IMG/VR virus record: IMGVR_UViG_3300026311_000012
Coordinates: 35,912 to 99,911 of that record
DNA: 64,000 nt
Origin: a virus
Lineage: Duplodnaviria > Caudoviricetes
Strand: one strand, 5' to 3'
Shown piece after piece: positions 1 to 9,455 of the stretch; position 1 is the first letter of the stretch, and every line of letters starts with the position of its first letter. The position numbers and the translations under genes were made by a program. The notes beneath the pieces are model-generated. The model did not search any database. It had not been told where the DNA came from and was given only the letters and a program-made list of their open reading frames with translations.

Positions 1-2
1 TA

Positions 3-335
3 CTAGAGTTTTCAAAAGGTACACCACATTATTCTTTAGATGTAATTATTATAAAAAAAGTACCAAAACCATATGTAGGACATGGAAAAATATTTCAAAT
101 ATATGATGAGGATAATGTAGTTGCAGTTACTGTAGCTTCTGTAAGATCTTCTGAAATTAATACTACTTCTAATGAATTAGAAATATATTTAAATGGAGTA
201 AATGATCATATGAATAGTTCTACAATACATGCAACATTATGGAATCTACATAATAAAGATATTTATCATATTTTTAAATTACTAAAACAATATTCATGTA
301 ATTCTTTTAAAAAATTAAAATATTATGATATTTAA
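3..335 (+). CDS. Hypothetical protein, 5'-truncated at window edge
   Basis: Frame open from nt 3 (LEFSKGTPHY...SFKKLKYYDI) to TAA at 333-335; not in ORF track. Confidence 0.7.
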   Translation, partial: LEFSKGTPHYSLDVIIIKKVPKPYVGHGKIFQIYDEDNVVAVTVASVRSSEINTTSNELEIYLNGVNDHMNSSTIHATLWNLHNKDIYHIFKLLKQYSCNSFKKLKYYDI

Positions 336-627
336 GTTAGGTGATATAGTTAAAGTTACAAAGAAAGAATATACATATGGTAGGTATGATATAATCTTTA
401 AATTATTTAATTTTAAAAATGAAGAAATAAATGAATGGAATAACTATTCTAGTAAAGAAACTGAATTATTTCAAATAACAAATTTAATTGAACATCCTCA
501 TCAGTATGAAGAAATTAAAATAATATTATATAAAATAGTTGGATTAATAACACGAAGAGAATTTTTAATAGATCAAAGAGGTTTAAAATTAATAAAATCT
601 TATAATTTTAAATTAAAAATAATATAA
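325..627 (+). CDS. Small hypothetical protein, SH3/KOW-like N-terminus; paralog of 1013..1324
   Basis: FKLGDIVKV start, EFLIDQRGLKLI near the end, tight gene packing. Confidence 0.75.
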   Translation: MIFKLGDIVKVTKKEYTYGRYDIIFKLFNFKNEEINEWNNYSSKETELFQITNLIEHPHQYEEIKIILYKIVGLITRREFLIDQRGLKLIKSYNFKLKII

Positions 628-1026
628 ATGAAGAAATTAGTAACAGTTTATGGAAGTCTTTTAAAAGGACTTGGAAATTGGCATTGGCATCTTAACAATC
701 CTAATTCCAAGTTATTAGGAGAACATACTTTAAATGGTGGTTTTGTAATGGTATCACTAGGAGGATTTCCTGGTCTCATTCCTGATGAAAAATCAGATTC
801 TAAGGTATTTGTAGAGACGTATGAAGTAACAGACGATGTATATAGAAGTATAGAACATCTTGAAGGTTATCCTCATTTCTATGATAAACAAAAAATACAA
901 ACACCTTTTGGAGAATCTGAAGTATATGTTTTAGGAGATAATTACTATAGAGAACATGCCTTAGTGCCTGAAACAGATGGTGTTGTTAACTGGAGAAAAT
1001 ATAAAGGAAGTTATGAAACCTTTTAA
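628..1026 (+). CDS. Gamma-glutamylcyclotransferase (GGCT/AIG2-like)
   Basis: VYGSL N-terminal motif, FPGL, E-x-Y-x-V, LEGYP..Y. Confidence 0.92.
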   Translation: MKKLVTVYGSLLKGLGNWHWHLNNPNSKLLGEHTLNGGFVMVSLGGFPGLIPDEKSDSKVFVETYEVTDDVYRSIEHLEGYPHFYDKQKIQTPFGESEVYVLGDNYYREHALVPETDGVVNWRKYKGSYETF

Positions 1027-1324
1027 ATACAGAGAAGGACAAATAGTAAAAATTATAAATGGTGGATTAACATATCCAAGGTATAGAAAATATTTTATCT
1101 CTATGGGTTTTAAAAATCAACAATATAATTCTTGGAGTAGATGGTATAATTATATTGAAGATTGCAATGAAAAATTTATAATAGATAATTATGATGTACA
1201 TGAAAATGGATTTACTCATATGTATAAAATAACTTGTATAAGTAATCCAGATATAGAATTTTTAATTGAAGAATCTGGAATTAAATTAGTAGGTATGTTT
1301 TTTAATAAAATAAAAATAATATGA
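1013..1324 (+). CDS. Small hypothetical protein, paralog of 325..627 (start moved to MKPFKY)
   Basis: YREGQIVKI...TYPRY...FKN...EFLIEESGIKLV aligns by eye with 325..627. Confidence 0.75.
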   Translation: MKPFKYREGQIVKIINGGLTYPRYRKYFISMGFKNQQYNSWSRWYNYIEDCNEKFIIDNYDVHENGFTHMYKITCISNPDIEFLIEESGIKLVGMFFNKIKII

Positions 1325-1719
1325 ATATGAAAGAATTAAATATAAATCAAGAACTTAGAGATAAAATTATATTTAAGGAAAATCTTCCAAAATATATGGG
1401 AGGAATTGCACATTTTGAACATTTAGGTATATGGGATTTAGAAGAATTGATTAAAAATAATTTTATTGATTTAGAAGATTCCCAAAACAATTCTCCAACA
1501 GCCAAAGAATTTTATGAATTTATAAAAAACAATGGTTTTACTGGAGACTTTCATGGATATGTTGTAGATAAATCTAGATCTGATTATAGGGTAACTATAG
1601 AAGGTATAGAAGTGAATTCAGAAATTGAAATAGATACATTAATACAATTTTCAAATTTATTTAGAGATGCTGATGAATTTATTTGTATTGCTAATCATTT
1701 ATATTGCTGGTATGATTAA
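1321..1719 (+). CDS. Hypothetical phage protein
   Basis: 132-aa ORF with ATGA overlap and phage-like composition. Confidence 0.75.
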   Translation: MNMKELNINQELRDKIIFKENLPKYMGGIAHFEHLGIWDLEELIKNNFIDLEDSQNNSPTAKEFYEFIKNNGFTGDFHGYVVDKSRSDYRVTIEGIEVNSEIEIDTLIQFSNLFRDADEFICIANHLYCWYD

Positions 1720-1733
1720 TAAATATAAATAAT

Positions 1734-1847
1734 ATGAAAAAATTATTTTGTACTATATGTGATAGTTGTAGAAAACTATGTGAAGGCCCATTTAAATATG
1801 AATTTGTAACAAAAATTACTAAATCTTTAAATTTAAAATTTATATAA
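1734..1847 (+). CDS. 37-aa Cys-rich microprotein (CxxCxxCxxxC), absent from ORF track
   Basis: MKKLFCTICDSCRKLCEGPFKYEFVTKITKSLNLKFI*; A-rich start context; TAATG coupling to the ATP-grasp gene; fills the intergenic gap. Confidence 0.7.
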   Translation: MKKLFCTICDSCRKLCEGPFKYEFVTKITKSLNLKFI

Positions 1848-2602
1848 TGTACGCACAAGTAAGAACAAAAAATCCAACTGCTGCTCCTCTTAGAAGGAGT
1901 ATTATTGTTCCTAGACGTTCTGTAGTAAGACTCGGATCTAGAACTGCCACTGAAGCCTGTTTTCCTGGCCGTAGAGACATTATAGAGGTTAATACAGTAG
2001 ATAGTATTGAAAACAGTAGAGATAAGCTTAGAATGAAAGAATGCTTCTCTAGATTTGATGTACCACAAGCTGAGTGGTGGAGAATATCTGAAATTCCAGA
2101 AAGATTAGAATTTCCATTAGTAGGAAAGCAAATAGTAGGTTTTAAAGGGCATGGAATGAGATTAATTGAAAATGAAGAACAATTAAGAACATTTCGTACA
2201 ACCCATCTGAGTGGTTACTTTATAGAGAAATTCTATAATTATGCTCGTGAATACCGATTACATACTACAAGAGATCATGTATTCTTATCATGGAGAAAAC
2301 TTAGAAGATCTGATGCCACCGAGAGGTGGTTTTTTAATTCTACTAACTGTAATTGGGTAGGAGAAGCTCATGAATTATTTCAAAGACCTGATAATTGGAG
2401 TGAACTTGAAGCTTCTGCCATAAATGCAGTAAGAGCAGTTGGTCTTGACATTGGTGCTGTAGATATAAGAGTACAATCAAGAAGCAACCCAGATTATATA
2501 GTATGTGAAGTAAATAGTGCTCCTGCGTTGGGAGATATTGGAATTGAAACATATAGAAACGAAATTAGAAATATAATAATTAATAAAAGCAATGACAGAT
2601 AG
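1847..2602 (+). CDS. ATP-grasp peptide ligase (RimK/YheCD-like)
   Basis: DKL, EYRLH, GLDIGAVD, EVNSAP motifs. Confidence 0.9.
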   Translation: MYAQVRTKNPTAAPLRRSIIVPRRSVVRLGSRTATEACFPGRRDIIEVNTVDSIENSRDKLRMKECFSRFDVPQAEWWRISEIPERLEFPLVGKQIVGFKGHGMRLIENEEQLRTFRTTHLSGYFIEKFYNYAREYRLHTTRDHVFLSWRKLRRSDATERWFFNSTNCNWVGEAHELFQRPDNWSELEASAINAVRAVGLDIGAVDIRVQSRSNPDYIVCEVNSAPALGDIGIETYRNEIRNIIINKSNDR

Positions 2603-3608
2603 TTATTTTTTATACAAATATAAATCTACTGATAAACAGTTTAATTTTAAAGCTTTTGGATGTTGTGAAACATCAGGTTCTTGGTTCAAAAGCATTACAG
2701 TTCCTGATGATGAAACCTCTAATGATGATTTTATTGTCCTTGAGTTGATTTCTATAAATGAAATAAAAAACGAAGCGTTAAAAGATCCAATAATAATAGA
2801 AGAATATTTATTATTAATTTCGGAATTTTTAGATATTCCTATTAAAAAAATAAATAATCCTGCTGTAAGTGATATAAGCAATCCACATTATAAATTTTCC
2901 AGCATATCTGAAGAAGAATGGAATCAAAATTACCTATGTTTTCAGATTGGTAAGTTTATGTCAAATAAACATTTTGTAGCAATGCATACTCTTATCAGAT
3001 ATTTATGGTATGAATATGATAATGTTATTAATGCTTCTGTAAATTTGAGAAGACTTTTTCCAGAAATTCCAATAGAAGATGTATTTGCAATAGCTCATTC
3101 TTTTCAGGAAAGAAATCATAGAGCATTAACTGGTAAAAATCAATTAGATACATTAGGTTTCATATATTTTAGAAAAAAAAAAGAGTATCTTAAGGAGTTA
3201 AAAAAAGATATAAATTTTAATACTGTTTTTGATAGTTATAATGTTGTAATTATTCCAAAAGTTAAAATTAAAGGAAGTTTCTTTGAAGATTCTGAAATAT
3301 TGTTAGAATCTAAACAGTTTATATCTTTTTTGACTGATTCTGGTTCAGACAATACAATAGTTTCTAGAAGAGCTTTTCATCGAGTAATAGAAATATATAA
3401 TGAATATAAGTCTTTATTTGAATATATATCCACATTAAAGCTTAAAAACTTAAGTTTACATCATATAACAACGTGTGATATTATTGTAGAAGATTCAGCT
3501 TTGGAAAAAATTGAATTTGAAACAATAAATCATGTTAGTGGTATACGTAGCACTAGTAAATTTACATCAATTGAAAAATTTAAAGAATATTTAACAAATA
3601 AAGTTTAA
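2592..3608 (+). CDS. Hypothetical protein within the amidoligase cluster
   Basis: 338-aa ORF overlapping the ATP-grasp stop; no motif recognised. Confidence 0.8.
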   Translation: MTDSYFLYKYKSTDKQFNFKAFGCCETSGSWFKSITVPDDETSNDDFIVLELISINEIKNEALKDPIIIEEYLLLISEFLDIPIKKINNPAVSDISNPHYKFSSISEEEWNQNYLCFQIGKFMSNKHFVAMHTLIRYLWYEYDNVINASVNLRRLFPEIPIEDVFAIAHSFQERNHRALTGKNQLDTLGFIYFRKKKEYLKELKKDINFNTVFDSYNVVIIPKVKIKGSFFEDSEILLESKQFISFLTDSGSDNTIVSRRAFHRVIEIYNEYKSLFEYISTLKLKNLSLHHITTCDIIVEDSALEKIEFETINHVSGIRSTSKFTSIEKFKEYLTNKV

Positions 3609-3611
3609 AAA

Positions 3612-4466
3612 ATGATTAAGAATATAACATTTGGAAGTGATCCTGAATATTTTCTTAAAAACAAAAATGAAAATATTATTTTATCAGCAATTCCATTTAT
3701 TAAAGGAGATAAGCATTCTCCTCAAAGTTTAGGAAATGGTTTTTATATTTTAAAAGATAATATTTTAGTAGAAGGTAATGTTCCACCAACGTCAGACCCT
3801 GTTAAGTTTATGAATAATTTAATAGAATTAAAAACAAGAATAAATAAATATTTTTCTTATATTAATTCTACTTTAACTGTTCATCATGATGATTGTTTAG
3901 ATATAGCTCCTCATTTTCTTACACATCCTGAAGCACTTATGTTTGGATGTAGTCCCTATATTAATGCTTGGGATGATAATGAACACAGAGCTAATGACTT
4001 ATCATCAGAAAATTTCAGAACTGCAGGATTTCATATACATATTGGATACGAACTTACTTCAGATAATCCTTTTACAAAAGAAATTTTTAATAAAATTATA
4101 GCAAAAGCTTTTGATATATTTGTTATAATTCCGTCTTTAGAAATTAAAGCCGATAGACGTAGATTTGAAAATTATGGGGGACTTGGCCAATATCGTAATA
4201 CTTCATATGGTGTTGAATGTAGGTCATTAGGGGGATTTTTTGTTGACGAACAATATCTTCCATGGGTTATAGAACAAGTTTGTAGAATGTTATCATATTT
4301 AAAAGACTATGGAAATGCTTCTTCAGTTTTAGCTATAGATAAACCAGTGGTTAAATTTATTTCTGAAGATACTGTAACATTTGAAGCTAATATTTATGAA
4401 GATCTTCAATTGAGTTACAGAGAACAATTGTTTAATGATAAATATAAAATATATGCAACTGTATAA
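3612..4466 (+). CDS. phiEco32-like COOH-NH2 ligase type 2
   Basis: GSDPEYF, DNILVEGN, FGCSP..NAW, RTAGFHIHIG, RR..YG..G..R..YGVECRSL. Confidence 0.92.
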   Translation: MIKNITFGSDPEYFLKNKNENIILSAIPFIKGDKHSPQSLGNGFYILKDNILVEGNVPPTSDPVKFMNNLIELKTRINKYFSYINSTLTVHHDDCLDIAPHFLTHPEALMFGCSPYINAWDDNEHRANDLSSENFRTAGFHIHIGYELTSDNPFTKEIFNKIIAKAFDIFVIIPSLEIKADRRRFENYGGLGQYRNTSYGVECRSLGGFFVDEQYLPWVIEQVCRMLSYLKDYGNASSVLAIDKPVVKFISEDTVTFEANIYEDLQLSYREQLFNDKYKIYATV

Positions 4467-6351
4467 TATAATATTAATATATCTAATAATAGGAATATTT
4501 GTAAATTACATTTTTAAAATTAATTTTTCCGTTTTGAGTTGTGGGATTTTTGCGTGGGTAGGAAAAGACATTAAATATTTCAGAAAAGACCTATTTAATA
4601 TCCTTGGAATGTACAATGATAATCGTGGTGGGGATGCATGTGGATTATATTATGACGATTCTTGGTACAAGGGAATAGGTAATACTGCGAAATATGAAAA
4701 GTTAATTGTAGAGAATGATTTACATAATACTCTAAAACTAAAAAAGTATCCTGTAATAATAGGACATGATAGAAAAACATCTGTAGGACATGACACTATT
4801 GTAAATGCTCAACCTGTTGTTTTATTAGATTTTAATACAGAAGAAGTATTATTGGTTCAAGCACATAATGGTACTATAACTAATTATCGTGAATTATCCA
4901 AAAAATATAGTATTGAATTAATAACTGGGGAAAGCGATAGTATAGCTATTGCTAAATTAATAGATACTGTTGGATGGAAAGTTCTTGGTGAATATGAAGG
5001 ATCTGGAGCATTTGTAATAAACAAAAAAGATGAACCAAATGTATTATATGCATTTCATGGTAGATCAAAAGTTACTGAAAATTCTACAACTTTAACAGAT
5101 GAAAGACCTCTTGCATACCTTACATTTCCAGGAAAAGGTACGTTTATTTCATCAGATATAAATCATTTAAAAAGTATATCTGTTCCCAAAAAAGAAATAA
5201 TTCCTTGTGAATTTAGATATAATGTATTATATAAATTAGAAGGAGATTCAGTTATTGAATTTTTGGAAATAGATCGAACTACTATTAAACCAATGTTTAA
5301 ATCTGTAACATATTCTTCTGGTTCTTCTAATAGTGTGCATAATACTTTTTCAAAACATCCTATTTCTTATGGAGATGATGCAACTAAAAGAGCTATAAGA
5401 TATTATAAAGGATTGTTTCATATAAATGATGAACCTGCACATGGTACATATATAGTAGATGCTTGGGGATGGCCTATTGTTGAATCAATTAAATTTAGTC
5501 GTGATAAACATTTTGAATTATCATTTATCTATGGTATTTTGATGAAAAATAGAGTATCGTATGAAATAATGTTAAAGATCATCAATGATGCAAAGATAAA
5601 TGATGTTGATGAATTTTATCAACAAAGAAATTGGTGGGAATTAAAACTTTCAGATAATTTAAAGAAATACTCATTATTTCCTTTCTGGAGATATAATGAA
5701 ATTGGCAACTTTGCAGGATTTATAAAACCCAATCATTGGACAAATATTTTCAAACAAGCTGGATATTATTTCTTTGATGGAAATTTTAAACCAATTTTTT
5801 CAAGACTAGATTTTAGAGTATATACTGGTCAAATTAATTCAGTAGATGAAAAATCAGTTTTATATTCTTTAAATGATTTTATACTAAAGAGAGAAGTTGA
5901 TCCACTTGTATATGATTTTTCAGAAACTTCTGATAAAAAACTAGAACAGATTAAAAGTATAGTTTATGCTGAAGATAAAAATAGTACAGAAAAAGAAGCA
6001 AGTTCAATTATTTTACCAACAAATCTTAAAATTGTAAAAAAGAATAAAGACAAATGGAATATGGTTGATTGTGAAACATGTGAAGCATGGAAAGACAATC
6101 CAGATCTATGTAAAAAATGTGTAGAAGAATATAATTCTGATGAAGAAGAATCAATTGTAGATAGAGCATACAAACAATATGAAGAAGATTTAGGAGTTAC
6201 TGTTATGGTAGATTCCTTTAAACTTATATTAGATGCTATAGATGATGCGATTGATACTTATGAATCATTAGCTATAAATCTTAAAGGTGACGATATTGAA
6301 GATATACTTGACGATTTTAGAAACCTCCAAACAAAATTAACAAAATACTAA
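4453..6351 (+). CDS. Class II (Ntn) glutamine amidotransferase with hydrophobic leader
   Basis: CGIF, RGGDACG, GHDR, NAQP, HNGTI, DS and ERPL motifs; start uncertain (4435, 4453 or TTG 4534). Confidence 0.88.
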   Translation: MQLYNIILIYLIIGIFVNYIFKINFSVLSCGIFAWVGKDIKYFRKDLFNILGMYNDNRGGDACGLYYDDSWYKGIGNTAKYEKLIVENDLHNTLKLKKYPVIIGHDRKTSVGHDTIVNAQPVVLLDFNTEEVLLVQAHNGTITNYRELSKKYSIELITGESDSIAIAKLIDTVGWKVLGEYEGSGAFVINKKDEPNVLYAFHGRSKVTENSTTLTDERPLAYLTFPGKGTFISSDINHLKSISVPKKEIIPCEFRYNVLYKLEGDSVIEFLEIDRTTIKPMFKSVTYSSGSSNSVHNTFSKHPISYGDDATKRAIRYYKGLFHINDEPAHGTYIVDAWGWPIVESIKFSRDKHFELSFIYGILMKNRVSYEIMLKIINDAKINDVDEFYQQRNWWELKLSDNLKKYSLFPFWRYNEIGNFAGFIKPNHWTNIFKQAGYYFFDGNFKPIFSRLDFRVYTGQINSVDEKSVLYSLNDFILKREVDPLVYDFSETSDKKLEQIKSIVYAEDKNSTEKEASSIILPTNLKIVKKNKDKWNMVDCETCEAWKDNPDLCKKCVEEYNSDEEESIVDRAYKQYEEDLGVTVMVDSFKLILDAIDDAIDTYESLAINLKGDDIEDILDDFRNLQTKLTKY

Positions 6352-6354
6352 TAA

Positions 6355-7788
6355 ATGGAAAATTATATTATTACTTACAATGGAGAGAAAGCTCTCAAAA
6401 AGAATTGTAGATTTATAAAAGGTGAATTCTATATTAAAAATAAACAATGTTTCAATATAGATGGAACTTGGTATAGAATAAATAGTGGTTATATTGCAAA
6501 AGATCATGAGACAAATAAATATGTACTTATAAAAGGAAGTAATTTAGTACGTGGTATTGTTGAATATGATCCTGAAAATGATAATATTACTATTGGATAT
6601 TTTACTCCGAATGACATGAAAAATGTCATAGTTGTAACTCCAACAGGAAATTATACAGCCATTAGTAAAGATATATTAAAAAATAATTTTTATTTTGATT
6701 TATATAATTTACAGTATACTCACTATAGTATAAAGAAAAGTCCAAACTGGAATAAAATAAATGAACATGGAAATTTATCATCAAATCCTTACAAAAACCT
6801 TCAATATAATTTACGTAATATAGATAATAAAATTGTAGATGAAGTAAGAGATATTTCTGATTTGTTTATTGAAAAATATATTCCAAGAGAAGAAATTTCT
6901 CGTCAAGTAAATTCATTACCTAATTATACATATGGTCTTGAATTTGAAACAAATAGTGGGATTATTCCTGAAAATGAATTAGCAGAAGCTGGTATGTTTC
7001 CTCTTAGAGATGGTAGTATTAGAGGAATTGAATATGTAACACTTCCTCACTCAAGTAAAAATATAGGAAAAGCTGTATCAAAAGCATGTAGTACTCTCAA
7101 TACTTTTACAAAAATTAGTACAAATGAAAGTTTACATCTTCATATTGGAAATATTAAAAAAGTAGATCAAAAATTTGTAGGAATTCTATATACATTGTGT
7201 TGCATTTTGGAAAAAGAAATCTTTCTAATGTTTCCAAAGTATTATGCACAAACTAGTAAATTTAAAGTAAGAGGGAAGGATTATAATAAGCCTCTTATTA
7301 AAGCACTAGTTGATCCTGATCCACTGGTTACTTTTGATAATGTTTCTACATATCTTGCTGCAGGTAAGAAGTTTAGTGGCTTTGGTTCTGCACATCCTTC
7401 TGATCCTGACGGTTCCCACAAATGGGCAGTTGAGACACGTTACCATTACATGAATATAATCAATCTTTTATTTGGAAATAATAAAACTGTTGAATTTAGA
7501 GTTCATGTTCCAACTAAGAATCCAATAAAGATAATGAATTGGATATTTATCTGTTCAGCCATTGTAAAATATGCTGAGTATCTTGCTAGTAATGATGTAT
7601 CTATGGATTCAATAAGAGATGTTAAATTAGATAGTATTCTGACTAAATTATATGATCGTAAACTATCAGTTTATTTATCTGATTATATTCATTATAGAAA
7701 AATAATGAGAAGTAAAGATGATAGTTATGAAGATTATATTGGAACCAGAGAAATAGAAGAAGATTTGCTTTATAATATTGATTTTTAG
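6355..7788 (+). CDS. Putative amidoligase (Amidoligase_2-like COOH-NH2 ligase)
   Basis: YGLEFET, DGSI, EYVT, LHLHIG, RY...N, TVEFR. Confidence 0.88.
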   Translation: MENYIITYNGEKALKKNCRFIKGEFYIKNKQCFNIDGTWYRINSGYIAKDHETNKYVLIKGSNLVRGIVEYDPENDNITIGYFTPNDMKNVIVVTPTGNYTAISKDILKNNFYFDLYNLQYTHYSIKKSPNWNKINEHGNLSSNPYKNLQYNLRNIDNKIVDEVRDISDLFIEKYIPREEISRQVNSLPNYTYGLEFETNSGIIPENELAEAGMFPLRDGSIRGIEYVTLPHSSKNIGKAVSKACSTLNTFTKISTNESLHLHIGNIKKVDQKFVGILYTLCCILEKEIFLMFPKYYAQTSKFKVRGKDYNKPLIKALVDPDPLVTFDNVSTYLAAGKKFSGFGSAHPSDPDGSHKWAVETRYHYMNIINLLFGNNKTVEFRVHVPTKNPIKIMNWIFICSAIVKYAEYLASNDVSMDSIRDVKLDSILTKLYDRKLSVYLSDYIHYRKIMRSKDDSYEDYIGTREIEEDLLYNIDF

Positions 7789-7792
7789 AGTG

Positions 7793-7823
7793 AAGGGGAG
7801 AATTTACTCCCCTTTATTTTTTT
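7793..7823 (+). terminator. Rho-independent terminator after the amidoligase cluster
   Basis: aaggggag-aattta-ctcccctt hairpin followed by tattttttt. Confidence 0.85.
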
Positions 7824-7840
7824 ATTTCAAAAATAATACA

Positions 7841-7850
7841 TATCTTTGCA
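7841..7850 (+). promoter_or_regulatory. Bacteroidota sigma-A-type -7 element
   Basis: TATCTTTGCA matches TAnnTTTG, just after the terminator and shortly before ATG 7864; no clear -33 TTTG. Confidence 0.55.
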
Positions 7851-7863
7851 AAAAAGTAAAGAT

Positions 7864-8238
7864 ATGATATTTATTAAAGGAAATGTTCCTAGTTCTAAGA
7901 ACAATAAAGTATGGACTGGCAGATTTTTAATATGGAGTAAAAGAGCTCTTCAATATAGAAAAGAGACTAAAGATCAATTTATTGAAAATAAAGATATATT
8001 CCTAACTATGCTAAAGGATCATAGGGAGCCTTATATTATAGGTTTTCATTTTGTTAGAAATAATAAACATAAATTTGATTTTGTTAATATGGTTCAAACA
8101 ATACAAGATCTTATGGTTGAATATGAATACATAACTGATGATAACTGTGATATAATGCTCCCTTTTCCTTTTAAAATTAATGAAAAATACTATACAATAG
8201 ATAAAGAAAATCCTGGGGTATATATAAAACTTATGTAA
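7864..8238 (+). CDS. RusA-like Holliday junction resolvase (start moved to ATG 7864)
   Basis: GNVPSSKN, DFVNMVQTIQDLM, DDN motifs. Confidence 0.75.
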   Translation: MIFIKGNVPSSKNNKVWTGRFLIWSKRALQYRKETKDQFIENKDIFLTMLKDHREPYIIGFHFVRNNKHKFDFVNMVQTIQDLMVEYEYITDDNCDIMLPFPFKINEKYYTIDKENPGVYIKLM

Positions 8239-8430
8239 ATGAAATACTTAAAAATTCGAGTGCCAGAAATGTCTTGTGAAGGGTGTATATTTTTTATAAA
8301 ATCCTCAGAAGGAGCATGTAGAAATGTTACTCATAGTATACTAAATGAAGATTGTGTAAGTATAAATAGAGATGGTCATTTTACAAATTATATATTTAAA
8401 ATAAAATATGATAAATTAAAAATACTATGA
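8239..8430 (+). CDS. Small Cys-rich hypothetical protein
   Basis: SCEGCIFF...C...C; abuts both neighbours. Confidence 0.7.
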   Translation: MKYLKIRVPEMSCEGCIFFIKSSEGACRNVTHSILNEDCVSINRDGHFTNYIFKIKYDKLKIL

Positions 8431-9455
8431 AATTTAAAAATTTTATAAAATGGATGTCTGATATAGATTACAGAAATTTTCCAGGATTTAGTCAATCAAT
8501 TCTTAAAGGATTGGCAGACGATGGACCATCTTCTTTATTAGATAAAAAAGAAATTAAATCTACAGCATTAGAATTTGGATCACTAGTAGATATAATAATA
8601 ACAGATCCTGAAAACAGAGATAATATATTTTATACAAATTCTATAGAAAAACCTACAGCTAGTTTACTAGTATTGGCTGATGAATTATTAAAAGATCATT
8701 ATGCTCTTGGCTATACATATGAACAAATAACAGATAAAGAATATGTTATAGAAAAAATTAAAAATTTAGGATTATGGAGTAAATCTAAAGATGATAATTT
8801 ACTTTCGAAATTTGATAATGATCTATTTTATACATATATATATTCTGTTATTGATGCCGAAGGTAAAATAATATGTACTCCAGCTTTAGTAGAAGCTGCA
8901 GAACATTGTGCAGATGTATTACTTACTCATCCGTATACTAAAGAATTATTTGATGAAACAGATGATATAGAAGTTTTAAAACAAGTACCTGTCTTCTATA
9001 AAATTAATGGGGAAGAAGGAAAAGGTAAGATAGACTTATTGAGAATTGACCATAAAAAGAAACTGATTTCAATATATGACATTAAAACAGGTAGCGAATT
9101 ACCAAGCAATTTTGAAAATAGTTTTTATTTTTTTAAATATTATCTTCAAGTGATATCATATATACTGGGAGTTCAATACATGATTGAAACTATACCAGAA
9201 TTAAACGAATATAGTATAGATAAATTCAGATTTATTTATATAAGTAAAAAGCTTCCGGATACTCCTTGTATATATGAGGTTAATGAGGAATTACTTCTTT
9301 CATTCTTGGATGGATGGAGAGATGGTACAGGAAGATATAATAAAGGATTTATCCAATTAGTTGATGAATATAGTTTTTATATTAAAAATGGGATATACAA
9401 TACAGAAAAGAAAATATTGGATAATAATGGAATCTTAAATATAACTTTATCATGA
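8427..9455 (+). CDS. PD-(D/E)XK exonuclease (RecE/exonuclease VIII-like)
   Basis: SQSILK, FGSLVD, KGKIDLL, DIKT, YYLQ...Y. Confidence 0.85.
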   Translation: MKFKNFIKWMSDIDYRNFPGFSQSILKGLADDGPSSLLDKKEIKSTALEFGSLVDIIITDPENRDNIFYTNSIEKPTASLLVLADELLKDHYALGYTYEQITDKEYVIEKIKNLGLWSKSKDDNLLSKFDNDLFYTYIYSVIDAEGKIICTPALVEAAEHCADVLLTHPYTKELFDETDDIEVLKQVPVFYKINGEEGKGKIDLLRIDHKKKLISIYDIKTGSELPSNFENSFYFFKYYLQVISYILGVQYMIETIPELNEYSIDKFRFIYISKKLPDTPCIYEVNEELLLSFLDGWRDGTGRYNKGFIQLVDEYSFYIKNGIYNTEKKILDNNGILNITLS

